Positions 38,806 through 51,775 of a DNA stretch of 64,000 nucleotides are shown here, piece after piece. Origin of the DNA: Podarcis cretensis. Lineage: Eukaryota. Each line of letters opens with the position of its first letter. Within the stretch, counting starts at the first letter, position 1. The stretch covers positions 59,830,001-59,894,000 of the forward strand of contig OX638149.1 of assembly GCA_951804945.1 (NCBI GenBank), given 5' to 3'. The notes below the pieces were generated by a model. It worked only from the letters and a program-made list of their open reading frames with translations, was not told the DNA's origin and made no database searches. Made by a program: the position numbers and the translations under genes.

Positions 38806-40339
38806 GTCAATGTGTTGTGGACTGTTGAGGTCACCTGAGAAGACTAGTGAGGTCTTCTAATAGAAGACGTTATCCTTTCACAGTATAGCTTAGGTTGTTA
38901 TCTCTTTATTACTCCCTGTAAAAGAACAAGGAAAACAAGTTTCTAGTTCTGTTCTGTGGTTTCTGAATAAATGTGATTGTATTGTATTGTAGAGTGTTTC
39001 CTTTTCCTGCTTATACTTGGGTGCACTGCTAAACTTCCTTAATCCCGGGAGCTCCGACTCTTTGCTTGATGTCAACACAAGTGGCACATACCAAGGTGCA
39101 GACAAGAAACTGTCATGCAGGCCTAGTATAAGAAGAGACCCTTGGAGGGACAGATTCTGCGGTCTTGTGCTGTACTCTTGTCCAACAGTTTGTACCACCT
39201 CGCCAGTCCTCTGTGGATATGACCTCAATTCCCATACCGTTTCCTTAAGGAGCCATATCTATCAAGGTGTCATGGGCAGTTAACAATATACTTCTGTTTC
39301 TTCCGGGGGGGGGGGGAGATTGTTCATACCAGAGCAGAATACTAGCACATTGTGGCTGTAGACCTGTTGATTTCTGGATAGCATGTTATGGCTTACTTGT
39401 TTATATTCCTTTTCCTACCTTGAGATGTTTAGGAGAGGTGTGCAGGATAATTGATCTAATAATTGATCTCAGACACAAGTCAGGGTTTTGAATGGTGCCT
39501 TACCTGCTCTACATTAATGGCTTCTACTCTCAGTTCTTACTTTGCAATATTCTGGTCACCTATGTGTACGGTAGCACATACCACCATTTGAAGAAGATAA
39601 CAATCCTTTCCTATAAGTGCTTTTCTTCAAAGGGGATGTCTGTTCTACTGTAGTCCACAAATCCATTTGGTACCATTAGCCAAGTTTTCCTTCATCCCAG
39701 TTGTCCGGTTCTGAATAGATCCTTCCCCTACCTATGTTTAACTTTGCTACTGCAAGTGACTGAGGGAGGGCCTCTTGCAACACCTGATGCCACTATGAAA
39801 GGTTTTCATATGTGGCAGACAGGTATGGACAGTTCTGGAAGAAGATCAGTTGTAAGAAATAAACTTGTGATCCATAGAAATGGCTTTCTCTTTTGCCAGT
39901 TGAGTACAAATATAAAGCCTTCCATAGCAAAAGCTCATAGTTCACTAGTTTATCAAACCTTCCTTTTTGTGTTGCCGTTTTCCTGTGTAATATAGAAATA
40001 ATCTGCCCAATTTCCCAAATATCCAATGAAACAAATATTTTGGATGTCTCAAAATAATGGCCAAATTGTGTAGAGTATAATGTATTTTTTCCCAAATTGT
40101 CACTTACTATTTGAAGTGAATATCAAAGCTATGGCCAAGTTGACATGTTTCTTTGAATTGTAGCATGTATTTTGCCACTACCTGCTGTAAATGTTACCGT
40201 TCTGCACCAGTAACATATAATTCATCTGCCTAGGCCAAATTATATCATTACTAACCACACTATTCACATCTGCCCCAATCACCAGCATGCAATCTGTCCC
40301 TCCTTACATGGTCAGGAATAGAGATAGAAATAGAGATAA

Positions 40340-40370
<31 letters not shown>

Positions 40371-40514
40371 TGATAGAATGGCATGAAAGTGACAATGAAG
40401 ACATAGAACCATACTGCCCAAGGTATTGTGTAAACCAAGCTTATATGTGAGAATGAAACAGAACATTAAATTATGGCTTCAGGTGCAATTATTTTTTCTT
40501 TTTGTTTTTTGTAG

Positions 40515-40626
40515 TCTATGTATGAGAGGCAAGGGATTGCTGTGATGCCACCAACAGTCCCTGGGAGTTCCCAAGGCCCGTTTCTGGGTGTACCACGAGG
40601 CACCGTGAGAAGACAAAAATCAATAG
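40515..40626 (+). CDS. SHANK2: SHANK2 exon (SMYERQGIAVMPPTVPGSSQGPFLGVPRGTVRRQKSI)
   Basis: ttttgtag| acceptor, ag|gtaaaa donor, 112 nt, phase 0 to 1. Confidence 0.96.
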
Positions 40627-41177
40627 GTAAAATGAAACTTTCTACAAGCGACGTTTCATTATTTTCAACAATTGCTTACAGTGTTTGCTTCAAATGCATT
40701 TGTTCATGGGTTGATTTTGAGTCTTTTATCAAATAGCCATTGCGTGAGAACAAACTGGCCCATTCACATGTCATATTGAACCATAAAATAAGCTGTACTT
40801 TAATGTGAGAGAGTAGCATGCAAATGCATGTTTGAGAAATGGCAGGTATTTTTTTCCTCTCCCACTGCTCCTGCTGCTGCCGCATTGCCATGAAACAAGA
40901 TGTGGTTTTGCTTCTCAAGTTCATGGTTTATTTTTATCCAAACAAACCATGAGCAGAAGCCAAGCTTTGTTATTGGCTTACCACTTTGGGGAAAACAAAT
41001 TATGAGTCCAGGTTTAGACAACATGACATACCAGACCATGGCTTGTTTCGCGGAAGCACAGCAGGAACAGCGGAAGAGCAAAGCATCTCTGCTTTTTAGA
41101 AGCATGCAGCAGCACATTCACATTAAACCATAGCTAGTTGTAACTAAGATATAATGTGATATGTGAACCAGGCCAGT

Positions 41178-41825
41178 CAGTGGCAGACGAAGCCGCTCGG
41201 GCACCTAGAGCGGCAAACATGACATGCACCTGGGGGTGAGGCGTCACTACGTAGCACACATGTGCAGCGTAGCTACGTACGACGCATGCGCCGTATATAG
41301 TGGCGCCACACAGGGGGACTACATAGTGGTTTGCCGGCGGCGTGGTGCTGGGATCCTCTGCTCACGGCTGCAGCCACAAACGGAGGATCCTCTACATGCG
41401 ACTGCAGCCACAAGCAGAGGATCCCAGCACTGCACCGCCGGCAAACCGCTACATAGCACACATGTGTGGCATCGCTACGTACGTGGTTTGCCGGCGGCGC
41501 AGAATCGGGATTCTCCTCGCGGCTACAGCTGCAGGTGGAGGATCCTCTACATGCAGCTGCAGCCACGAGCAGAGGATCCTGGCACCATGCTGCTGGCAAA
41601 TTGCTACGTAGCGCACATGTGCACAAGCGTGTTACATAGCAGTTTTCCGGTGGCGCGGTGCTGGAACCCTCTGCTCGCAGCTGCAGCCGCATGTAGAGGA
41701 TCCTCCATTCGCGGCTGCGACGGCGTAATGGCTGCTTGCGCCGCCTTCTCACCGCCAGAGATATGGCACTGGGAGCACACCGCCCCGCCCCCCCTGCCCC
41801 CCCGCCCCCCGTTGTGACGCCAATG
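41178..41825. mobile_element. hAT-like non-autonomous element with internal inverted and tandem GC-rich units
   Basis: Termini CAGTGGC... / ...GCCAATG; 8-bp TSD aggccagt/aggccaat (7/8); repeated gaggatcctctacatgc and ctacgta units in both orientations. Confidence 0.7.
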
Positions 41826-43506
41826 AGGCCAATGTCTGTCAGTAACATTGACTGAATATTACAACTGGAATTTGTGCTCTTTGAAATATACAATTTCTTA
41901 AGTAATTCATTGCTTTTTAGCTTGTTTGTTTCAAATATTTATTTACTGCTTAATATCAGAATTTCTTAGCATACAAAATGCATTTATAAATTACAAAATT
42001 AATAAGTAACGAAGTAACCAACAGCAGACAATCTCTATAAAGTATGGTAAAATCAAAACCAAATTTAATACACATTTAAATTTTATGTTTATTGAATCAA
42101 AAGCATCACTTTTGCACATTTGAAAATGTTTTAGCATTCTGATTTCCATGTGTAGAATTTTGTTTATATCACAACGCCAAATTCATACTACAAAAAGAAT
42201 TTTTTAAAAGACTATATTGGTAAAAGTTACTCAGAGGTTAGTTTTAAATGAAATCATTCTTCTTTGCTAAAATTGTGTTTTTATAATCTGTGTGTATGTG
42301 ATAAGATGGTATTTTTGTTCAAAATAATGACAGAAAGCTTTAGGAAAATATATATTAATTGGTCCATTTTGCTGTAGAAGTAGTTGGTTGTACAATGAGG
42401 AAGTTAAACAGAGTCAACATATGCTTTATGGAAATGTATTTTTCTGCAAAATGATGTTGTTTTAGTCATATTGGAAACTTAGTCAAAGGTCTTATTCCCC
42501 ACAATTTCAATTGCTATTCTTGCTGTAATAGCAATGGCAAGCAAAAACCAAAAAGATACATTTAACACCAAACTTTAATTAGAGCAGGTTGCAATATGGG
42601 AGTTAAAGCTGAGAGGCAACGTTTTTCTTGTCCTTTCTTCTCCTTTATGTTTGAAGGGATATTCTGTTCCCTGGTGAAATAATGAAGTTATTCTTTGCAA
42701 CTCTCTACATAAAAATAGTTACAGGAAATACAGTGAAAGAAATGTATATTATCAACTATTACAAGGAATAGCAATCAGCCCATAGCTTAGATCGACCCTT
42801 TTGCTGCTGTTGTTTCATCCTGAACACAAACCAGCAAGCCAGCTATATTAATTATTACTTCAGAGACTGTCTGTGTAAGGAGAGCATCTCTTTGCTCTGT
42901 CTGTACCAGGAAGTACCACAAGTAGCTTGTGAAGCCATTGCCTCATGCTGTGACCTGCCCTGGTTAGTGCTTCACGTCTAGCTTTCCAGCATGAAATCTA
43001 GCACCTCATACAACAGGTAGCAATCTCACTCCAAAGTTACATATGTTTGTTTGGGAGGTTGTTTCACAATGCCTCTCTATCCACTCTCTTTACCCATGTA
43101 GAAACATTGTTTTATCATGTTTCATGCATGGCCACCTATTCACAAATGCCAACATGCATACATTTATTTATTTTTAAGCTTTCCTTTCCTTTCTTCTTCC
43201 AGTCTTTCACAGCTTTTGGCTGACAACTTCCTTTCATGCACAGTTCATAAAAAACATTACTTTAGGGATGCACAATTCTCTGTGCAGATATATGTAAGAA
43301 AATGCTGGAAGATCAGCATAGGGACACTGAGGCAAGCAAAAATGTAAAGTGAAGATCTAGTTGCAGACATATTCTAAAACCAAACCATGCATAGTAATAT
43401 ATAATACAGTATTTTCTGTACCTGGTTTACTATGTCTTTGGTGACAATGGATGATAATTAAAATTCAAGAGCAATTTAAAAATTGTAGCTTGTGATTTTT
43501 TTAAAG

Positions 43507-45922
43507 GGATAACAGAGGAAGAACGGCAATTTTTGGCTCCTCCCATGCTAAAATTTACCAGAAGTCTATCCATGCCAGACACCTCTGAAGATATCCCTCC
43601 TCCTCCACAGTCTTTACCTCCATCACCACCACCTCCATCTCCTTCTCTTTACAACTCCCCCAAATCTCCAGTGTCTAGAATATATGGGACAATTAAGCCT
43701 GCATTTAATCAGAATTCAGGTGCAAAGTTAGCTATTTCAGGTAGATCTGAAAATATGGGAACGGTGATAAGGGACAAAGGGATATATTACCGGAGAGAGA
43801 TGGACCGTTATTCTCTAGATTCTGAGGACTTATATAGCAGAAATGCCTCAACTCAGGCAAGCTTCAGAAACAAGAGAGGTCAGATGCCGGAGAACCCATA
43901 CTCTGAAGTTGGAAAAATAGCAAGCAAAGCAGTGTATGTCCCAGCCAAGCCAGCAAGACGGAAGGGAATGCTAGTGAAACAATCTAATGTTGAGGATAGT
44001 CCAGAAAAAACCTGCTCTATTCCAATTCCAACTATCATTGTTAAAGAGCCATCTACCAGCAGTAGTGGGAAAAGTAGTCAAGGAAGCAGCATGGAAATTG
44101 ACCCACAGTCTTCAGAGCAACCAGGACAGCTCAGACCTGAAGATAACTTGACTGTCAGTAGTCCATTTGCAGCAGCCATTGCAGGGGCAGTGAGGGATAG
44201 GGAAAAAAGATTAGAAGCCAGGCGTAACTCTCCAGCTTTCCTTTCCACAGATTTGGGAGATGAGGATGTTGGGCTATCGCCTCCAATGCCACGTTTGAGA
44301 CAGTCTAAGTTTAGTGATGAGGGAATGTTTGGTAATGAAGACAACTTTAGGCAACTTGTATCACCATCTCCTATCCCAGCACCTAGAGAGCCTGAAAATA
44401 TTTTTAATAGCAGTGAAACAAGTAATCAAAGTGATGCAAGGACACCAAACCCTTCAACCCCAACATCAATGGGTTCAGAAAATAATGTGTTGGCAACTCA
44501 GAATGCTGGTATGTCCAGTTTGGATAACTATGTTCATCCACTCACAGGGAAATTACTGGATCCAAATTCACCTTTAGCCCTTGCCCTTTCTGCCAGAGAT
44601 AGAGCCATGAAGGAACAAACCCAGCAAATTCCAGGGAAAGGAGAATCTGGCAAAGCAGACCTTAATAAACCCCTTTATATAGATACAAAGATGAGGTCCA
44701 ACATCGAAACTACATTTCCAGTGACAGCTACAATTGCTAGGCAAAATACGCGTGGTCCACTAAGGCGGCAGGAGACGGAGAACAAATATGAGACAGATAT
44801 GGGGAAAGAGAGGAGGCCTGAAGAAAAGAAGAACATGCTGATCAATATTGTGGATACCTCACAGCAGAAGTCAGCTGGTTTGCTCATGGTTCATACGGTA
44901 GATACAGCGCAGTCCAATGATACCCCTGATGAAAAGGAAGAGGAAAGTGCTGAGATAGATGTGGATACCGAAAAGCCTCCACCAGAGGCACAGGAAAGTA
45001 CAGAAACAGCTGAAAGTGGACTAGATGAAGCTGACATGCCTGAGCTACCTGCATCTCCCTGCAAAACTATTGTAGCAGTTGGCTCCGTTGATGATCCAAT
45101 CATTTTACCATTCCGTATCCCTCCACCCCCTTTAGCATCTGTTGATCTTGATGAAGATTTCATCTTTACTGAGCCATTACCACCGCCTTTAGAATTTGCT
45201 AACAGTTTTGATATCCCTGATGACCATTCTGTCCCAGGCTCTGCACTAACAGACTTGCTCAAACACAGAAAAAATGGAACTCCGCCTGCTTCATTCAATC
45301 CTACTCAACCCTCAAATTCAATAGACAGTAAGAAACCAGTGGGTCTTTCAAACTGTTTGCCTGCCTCATTTTTACCACCGCCTGAAAATTTTGATAACGT
45401 CACTGACTCTGGGATTGAAGAGGTGGACAGTCGAAGCAGTAGTGACCATCACCTAGAGACAACCAGCACTATCTCAACTGTGTCCAGCATCTCTACCTTA
45501 TCCTCTGAAGGTGGTGAGAACTTGGATACTTGTACAGTCTATGCAGATGGGCAAACATTTCTGGTGGACAAACCCCCAGTACCTCCTAAGCCAAAAATGA
45601 AGCCCATAATCAACAAAAGCAATGCACTTTACAAGGATGCGCTAATTGAAGAAACTGTAGATAGTTTTGTTATTCCTCCACCTGCCCCACCCCCACCTCC
45701 TATCAGCGCACAGCCCGGTATGGCTAAAGTTGTACAGCAAAGGACCTCTAAGCTATGGGGTGATGTAACGGAGGTTAAAAGCCCAGTTCTCTCAGGCCCA
45801 AAGGCTAATGTCATTAGTGAATTGAACTCAATACTGCAGCAAATGAACAGAGAGAAATCATCAAAGCCAGGGGAAGGATTGGAGTCACCTCCAGGAATAA
45901 AAACAGCAAGTCTTAGTACAAG
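43507..45922 (+). CDS. SHANK2: SHANK2 large proline-rich exon (Homer-binding PPPLEF 45180-45197; cortactin SH3-binding KPPVPPKP 45570-45593)
   Basis: ttttttaaag| acceptor giving GITEEERQFLAPPMLKFTRSLSMPD; 797-aa ORF; ag|gtaaat donor; 2416 nt, phase 1 to 2. Confidence 0.98.
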
Positions 45923-47628
45923 GTAAATGCAACTAAATTATTTTTTAAGTCTATAGTGTCCATAAGTTTAAATTGCCTTTGCTTTCATTAATAATGTCTT
46001 AAATACTTTTTAATCTTATGTTTAAAATTCATGGTATTAATGCTCCAGTATTAATTTTTGACGCTCTTAAAAATCTACAAAATACGTTAATTGCTATTAT
46101 CATTTTTCACCTTTGCCCTTATTTGTTTATGATATTAACACGTATTGAAATATGCTATCTTTTACTATGCTGCTAGTTAAGAATCAATTTCACCTCTCCT
46201 TTCTAGAATCCCTAGTTATGTGTTTTATGGTTTACCCCTAACTTCTCCACATTTAATGAAAAGGTTTCAAAGTGGCTCTAAGTGACAGCTGACTGGTTAT
46301 AGTTCTGATTTAATTTCAAGTTGATATTGCTTCAGTAGTAGCTGTCTTATTTAGAATGTGTTGAGTAGTTTTGTGTGTTTTATTTTGCATGGTACATATG
46401 TTTAGTTTACAATGCAGAGGGCTACATGTGGCGCTGCATGTATTTGCCAAGGTTTTCGTCTCCCTGCTGCAATCCATTACAACCTCCAACAAAGCACTCC
46501 TGAGAATCCAGTTGGAGGTGCAAGGAAAGAGAGAAATCAGCAGTCCCACATGCAAATGTAGAAGTGTTTTCTGCTCACACCTTTGGATCCCAGCCAGAAT
46601 CTCTCTATGCTTTTTTAGTAAATGAAATAAAAATCTGTCCTTTATTTGATAACAAATATTCCAATGCAACTTTAGAAAAAACCAAAAGTGACACATTTAA
46701 TCTCAAAAATATTTATTTTATTGCATGGACTTCAGCACATGCAATCAAGGAGATGCACTAATGGACCATATTCTGGTTTCATTTTTTAAAATCAAGTTTC
46801 CTGCTGGATCATGCCAGTGGCCCATTTGGTCTAGCATCTAGTTCTCAAACTGTGCACATTCAGTTGTTCCAGTAAAGCGATCAACGTACATTAATGATTC
46901 GTTGTTTGAGCTGTTTGGTTTTAATTGTTGGAAGAAGAGTAGTCACAAAGCCTGTCCTTTAGTCTTTTCTAGGGTGGCCAGAGACAAAGGATACAAGGGC
47001 TTTTGCACCTCTCTCAATTGTGGAATTTTGTTGTGTGCATCTTATCATGCAGGGGTGAAAGCAGCTGCACTTTCAAAAATTTCATTTTCTACACAGCTAT
47101 TAAAAATGTGAGAGTTCTGTCATCCTCTCATCTTCATCAGAGCATACAACTGCCATGGTGAATAATACATTACTTTTTAAAAACTTTTTTAACAAAAATG
47201 TTCTCCATGGTGGTAGTATATGGTGAGGGTCAGCATTTGCATCCTATCTTGAACCACCCTGCCTTACAGCCAGTACCACTGAAAGACTGCATTTGACAGA
47301 CATATTTTAAAAGTCAATATTGTGAAATTTATTGAGCCTTTGGATGGATTTGTTGCACTTGCTGTGATAGGTTCTAGGACTTTCAACTGAAGGTGGCGAC
47401 CCATGGTAGTGGAACAGTAGAGTGGTGTAAGAAACCCCAAACTCTGAATGTACCATTTTTTACCTGTTGTTGAATGTGCCTATTTTTACCTGTTGTTAGC
47501 CGCTCTGAGCCCGGCTTTGGCTGGGGAGGGTAAGATACAAATAAAAAAATAATATTATTATTACCAGGACCTGTTTCCTAGCAAAGTTCAAGCTTCAGCT
47601 ACATGGGGACAGGTTTTATGTGGTAGAG

Positions 47629-47808
47629 CAGGGGTGTCCAACAGGTAGATCACGATCTACTGGTAGAGTGTGTGGGGTCTGTGGTCAATCGCGGTCGATC
47701 GTGGAACCCTCCCCCCCAAAAAAGAAAGCTCAACAACTTTGGTAGATCACTGCCAGTTTTTTTTATAGTAAGAGTAGATCTCAGTCTCTTGAAAGTTGGA
47801 CATGCCTG
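47629..47808. mobile_element. hAT-type MITE
   Basis: TIRs CAGGGGTGTCCAAC / GTTGGACATGCCTG; perfect 8-bp TSD tggtagag (47621-47628, 47809-47816). Confidence 0.88.
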
Positions 47809-50800
47809 TGGTAGAGAATTGTCATGAGTCCCTCTGCCCATTGCCGTACATCTTATTGTATAATGCAAATGATCCACAGGGATCCGTTGTGCACAGACAC
47901 TCAATTCTTGTGTCAGTTCTCACTCAAACTAGGGATGACATACCAGTGGGGCAGTGATGACATTTCTATGTGGAGCTTCCATATCATGTTACTTTAGGGG
48001 TTGAAAAGAGGGGGGGGGTGCTGTGCTGCTTCTCCAATGTATTAAGCGAAGTGAACATCTAAACCACAAATGGATACCTAAAAATTAAACTCCTGCTAGT
48101 GAATCTTGCAGTTCTTATTTGTTCTTCCCTTTCATTTAGCAATCTGATTTACCAGTGAATAGGCAAAGGGTTCATAAGGTGTACTCCCTGTAAAGTATTT
48201 ATTTTATTTATTTCACTCCTGCCTTTTTATAAAACATAACTTTTAGGTGTAGGAAGGACACAATTTTTTTACTAATTTCCCCCTTCCCCTTGAAAATATG
48301 CTCCAGAAGATTTGTGGACCTTCCAGAACAGTGTTGTGGCTATGGGAAGAAGTGGGGTGGGATCATACAAAGGGCCTCAGCCATTTCTTCCAGTTCCAGT
48401 AGAAATCTTCTCTGGATCTCGATCCTTTCCATATATGGAAGGAGCCCTTCTGTTCAGGAAAGGCCGAATCGGAACCAAACTTGTAATATCAAAAATACTG
48501 CTAAGTTTCTGTTACTCTATAAATTACAATGCTCTCCCTGTTCCAGGGGTCTGTTGACACTCAGAGGTGCACATGGAATTCCAAAAAAATAATAATGATG
48601 ATGGTTTCCATTAGTTTCAATGGAGGGAGCTAAAACACAACAGGATTTACTCTTTCTGTTCCTGGCTTAGGTCACAGAGTGAGGAAAATCCAAAGGCATG
48701 GAGAGTCATATCCACAAGAGCTTGCTAAATCATGAAGTTTAAGTAATAATCAAAATGTGGCTAGCTTTCTGCTTGTTGTAGAGATGTGAACAGTATGGTT
48801 TGTGTGTCTTCAGTGTGTGTTAGCAGTATTTGGAAATTATAATATTGGAAAGCGTATGTAGAGTTGGCAGCCAAATTTGCCATGACATTTGTGGCTTTCA
48901 GTAAGGAAATGTAGCAATCCTAACAGTATACTGGAGTGTTGATTAACTTTGCAACTTTTAGTGTAGTATGAAGATTCATTTAATTTTAATAAGCAAATTA
49001 AGGTAATTTCTTCCTGTGCTGCATACTTATTAAAAATGTGTCCACTCAGCTGGCAGTGGAAGTCCCAATTATAAACTAGCTTAAATGTTAAGGTACTTCA
49101 CAGTAATTGTATCAGTGTGAGTCTTTCCTATGGTACCAGTACACTCACCTTTTAATCAGATTTCCCTAATGGGGTATAACAAATATAACGTAGCTAAAAC
49201 ATATGAATTAAACTAGACAGAATTAAGGTAGTTTAAAGAAAAATGATGCCACTCTATATTGACTATGTCATTGTCAATTTTACAAGCTTACCTTGTAGTA
49301 TTATTTGGATACAGATTTCCCTGAAAACTGTTTATTTTTCCACATTGCTATAGTTTGTAAGTGCTAGAAATAAAAATCTGTATACTTCCATATACTGATA
49401 TTTGAACAATGGAAGGGTTTTTCCCTTACTGACTTGTATGTCATATTTCAAGAAGTAAAACCCAGGACACCCTGAATGTTGTTGAGCTTCTTTTTTTTTT
49501 TTTTTTTTGCTTTTTTTTTTACAAAGAAGCCACACATAGTCAAGGGGGGCAGTAAAGCAACACAATTACTTAACTAGCTGGCCAATCACATCGGTTCTGC
49601 CCCCCCCACAAAAGTCTTGGCTACACCTATACATATGTGCATTAGAAGGCACCACCAGCTGTAGAACAGTGGTTTTCTGAGTGTACAAAGCCTTGAAAAT
49701 TGCTATTGGAGAGTGCTCTTACTATTTTACATGCACACAAACACACACCCAGCAATTCACACATTCAGCAATTGCTTCTTGCTCCAGGCAAGTGTATAAA
49801 GGGCAAAATTAAGAGTGCTCTTCATTCCTCCCTCCCTCTCTCACACACACACTTGAAAAGATATAACCAGCCTATCTCCATACCAGTCTTAAGAGTTTGG
49901 ATGTTTCTAAACAAGTTTTCCACCCTTTGGAGGAAAAAATATATATTTCAACTACTATGCATTTCAAAGACATGTGTGTGTGCATGTGTGTTGAAATTAT
50001 GCCATCAAAACCAAGTGCATAGTAAAATTGCCAAAATAAAAGAATTAAGTCCTTAGCTGAATTCAATCTGTAAATGAAAAGCATAAAAAATCAGTCCCTG
50101 AGCAGATGGGTTAGTTTTTGTTCTTTGTACTCCCATTCTGCTTTAAGCTGTTTATGGGAAGAAATTGGGTGTCCTTGCCACATAATCTTTGTTAAATGAA
50201 TCTTACAAAAAGCAAATTATAAAGACCTTGCAAAAGCCTGTTGATTATCAGAGAGCAGCTGTTTGAGCTCCTTCTCCCCAGCTTTTATTATAAACTCTGT
50301 ACTCCCTACCACCACCACCCATTCATAAATACGCAGGTAAATACATTAGCAAGTAAATAAGCAGGTTAATCTACCTCTGAACCAAATAGTTGTATTAAAA
50401 CAGAATGATCAAGTATCCACTGAATGATTACTGTATCAATAGAGTAAAGGAGGTAACTGTGAAGAGGGAAAGAAAGTGGCAGGAAGCATCTTGAACAGTT
50501 TAGGCTGGAACCAGCATCTGTTATCCTGGAGGTTTATTCTAATCCATAATGATGTTACGGGTCTAACGGTCGTGTTACTGAGATTTAACAATAGTTGCAG
50601 GGTTGCCAGCCTGAAACTGTTGACTTAATATCTTATTCAGGGAAGATTCTGTTCTTCTGACACTCTTTTGTACACTAGTGATATTTTTTACTATGTGTCC
50701 TCAGTCCTTCCTGAAGCCAGGAGGTATTCAAGTGTTTCATTGCCATGCATTAATATACTGAGTTGTAAATGTTTCATTGTCAGCACAATTTTGCCCCAGA

Positions 50801-51590
50801 CAGGTAAGTGAAAAGTAAATCAAGAAGATGAGTATATGCATTGGCAGATGTTGAATTGGTCCCCTTTGAACTTCATAACCTTAGAGTTTCATAAATAACC
50901 CAACAATCAGAGAGGTGTTTTTTTAAAAGCTGAACTTTGTTACATCCTTTACTTTCACTTCATCTTGTTAACTGTTTGTCGGCCAATTTTGCAGATGCTT
51001 TTGCTTTGTAACTCTACAGTGTCTCAGTCATTCCATTTTGTCATTTTATTTGCTCTCATGACTGCCGTTAACAGAAGAGGGGCATTCTGAAGTGCCATGA
51101 AGTAAGTGACGACCAAAGGGGGTTTATTTGGGGTTTGTTTCTTTTTTTTAATCCATGCATTGGTTCACATTAGTTACTTTTTGTTCGTTTTTCATTCATA
51201 GTTTGGATTAGATATTTCTCCTATCCAGAAGTGGTAGCCATTCTTTAAAATTCACCATAGGTCTTCAACATTAGACCCTTTCTTACATAACTTTCACCAG
51301 ATAGTACTCCTGTTAGGTATCATTCGTCAAGAAACAGGAAAAGGGTGCAGGTAACTTTAAGGACGTTTTCTATGAGTTCTGGGTGTGGTTTTCCAGGCTC
51401 ATTAGCACAGCTGCTGACGTGTATAAAGAGAAGAAGTTGCAGTTTGCAACTGCCTGCAGAAAGAGAACACCCACATGCTTTGTGTTTGTTGTTTGTATAG
51501 CCATAATAAAACTCTTGTTTGAGTGTTTTACACCAGTCTTGTGGTTCTGTCATCTGCCGCCAGGGAAAATTTGCCTCCAACAACTCCAAC

Positions 51591-51775
51591 TCATTGATTT
51601 CAACAAGGCTTAGACATGGCTGAATTTTATCCTTTGGCTCAATTCCTCATATTTTAATTTAATTTTTTTTTTTAACTCTAGTTAGTGTGTAGTTAATAAA
51701 TAAATAAATAAATATATGAGGAATTGAGCCAAAGGATAAAATTCAGCCGTGTCTAAGCCTTGTTGAAATCAATGA
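51591..51775. repeat. Near-perfect 62-bp inverted repeat with 61-nt AT-rich spacer
   Basis: 51591-51652 is the reverse complement of 51714-51775 with one mismatch. Confidence 0.95.

Noticed and set aside
41224-41893. 197-aa and 206-aa ORFs
   Set aside because: Arise from a GC-rich, internally repetitive transposon; no protein-like features.
42021-42041. 21-nt acagcagacaatctctataaa followed by gtatgg, reading (D)SRQSL*, reminiscent of the mammalian DSRIFLS insert
   Set aside because: No AG acceptor or polypyrimidine tract, and an in-frame stop; either chance or a dead relic, not callable as an exon.
43203-43293. Cryptic exon after a strong polypyrimidine tract
   Set aside because: 91 nt and frameshifting; the alternative 81-nt form has an immediate stop; no homology support.
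44078-45814. Minus-strand ORFs (88, 70, 135, 61 aa), plus 59406-59765
   Set aside because: Shadow ORFs antisense to SHANK2 coding exons, with no independent features.
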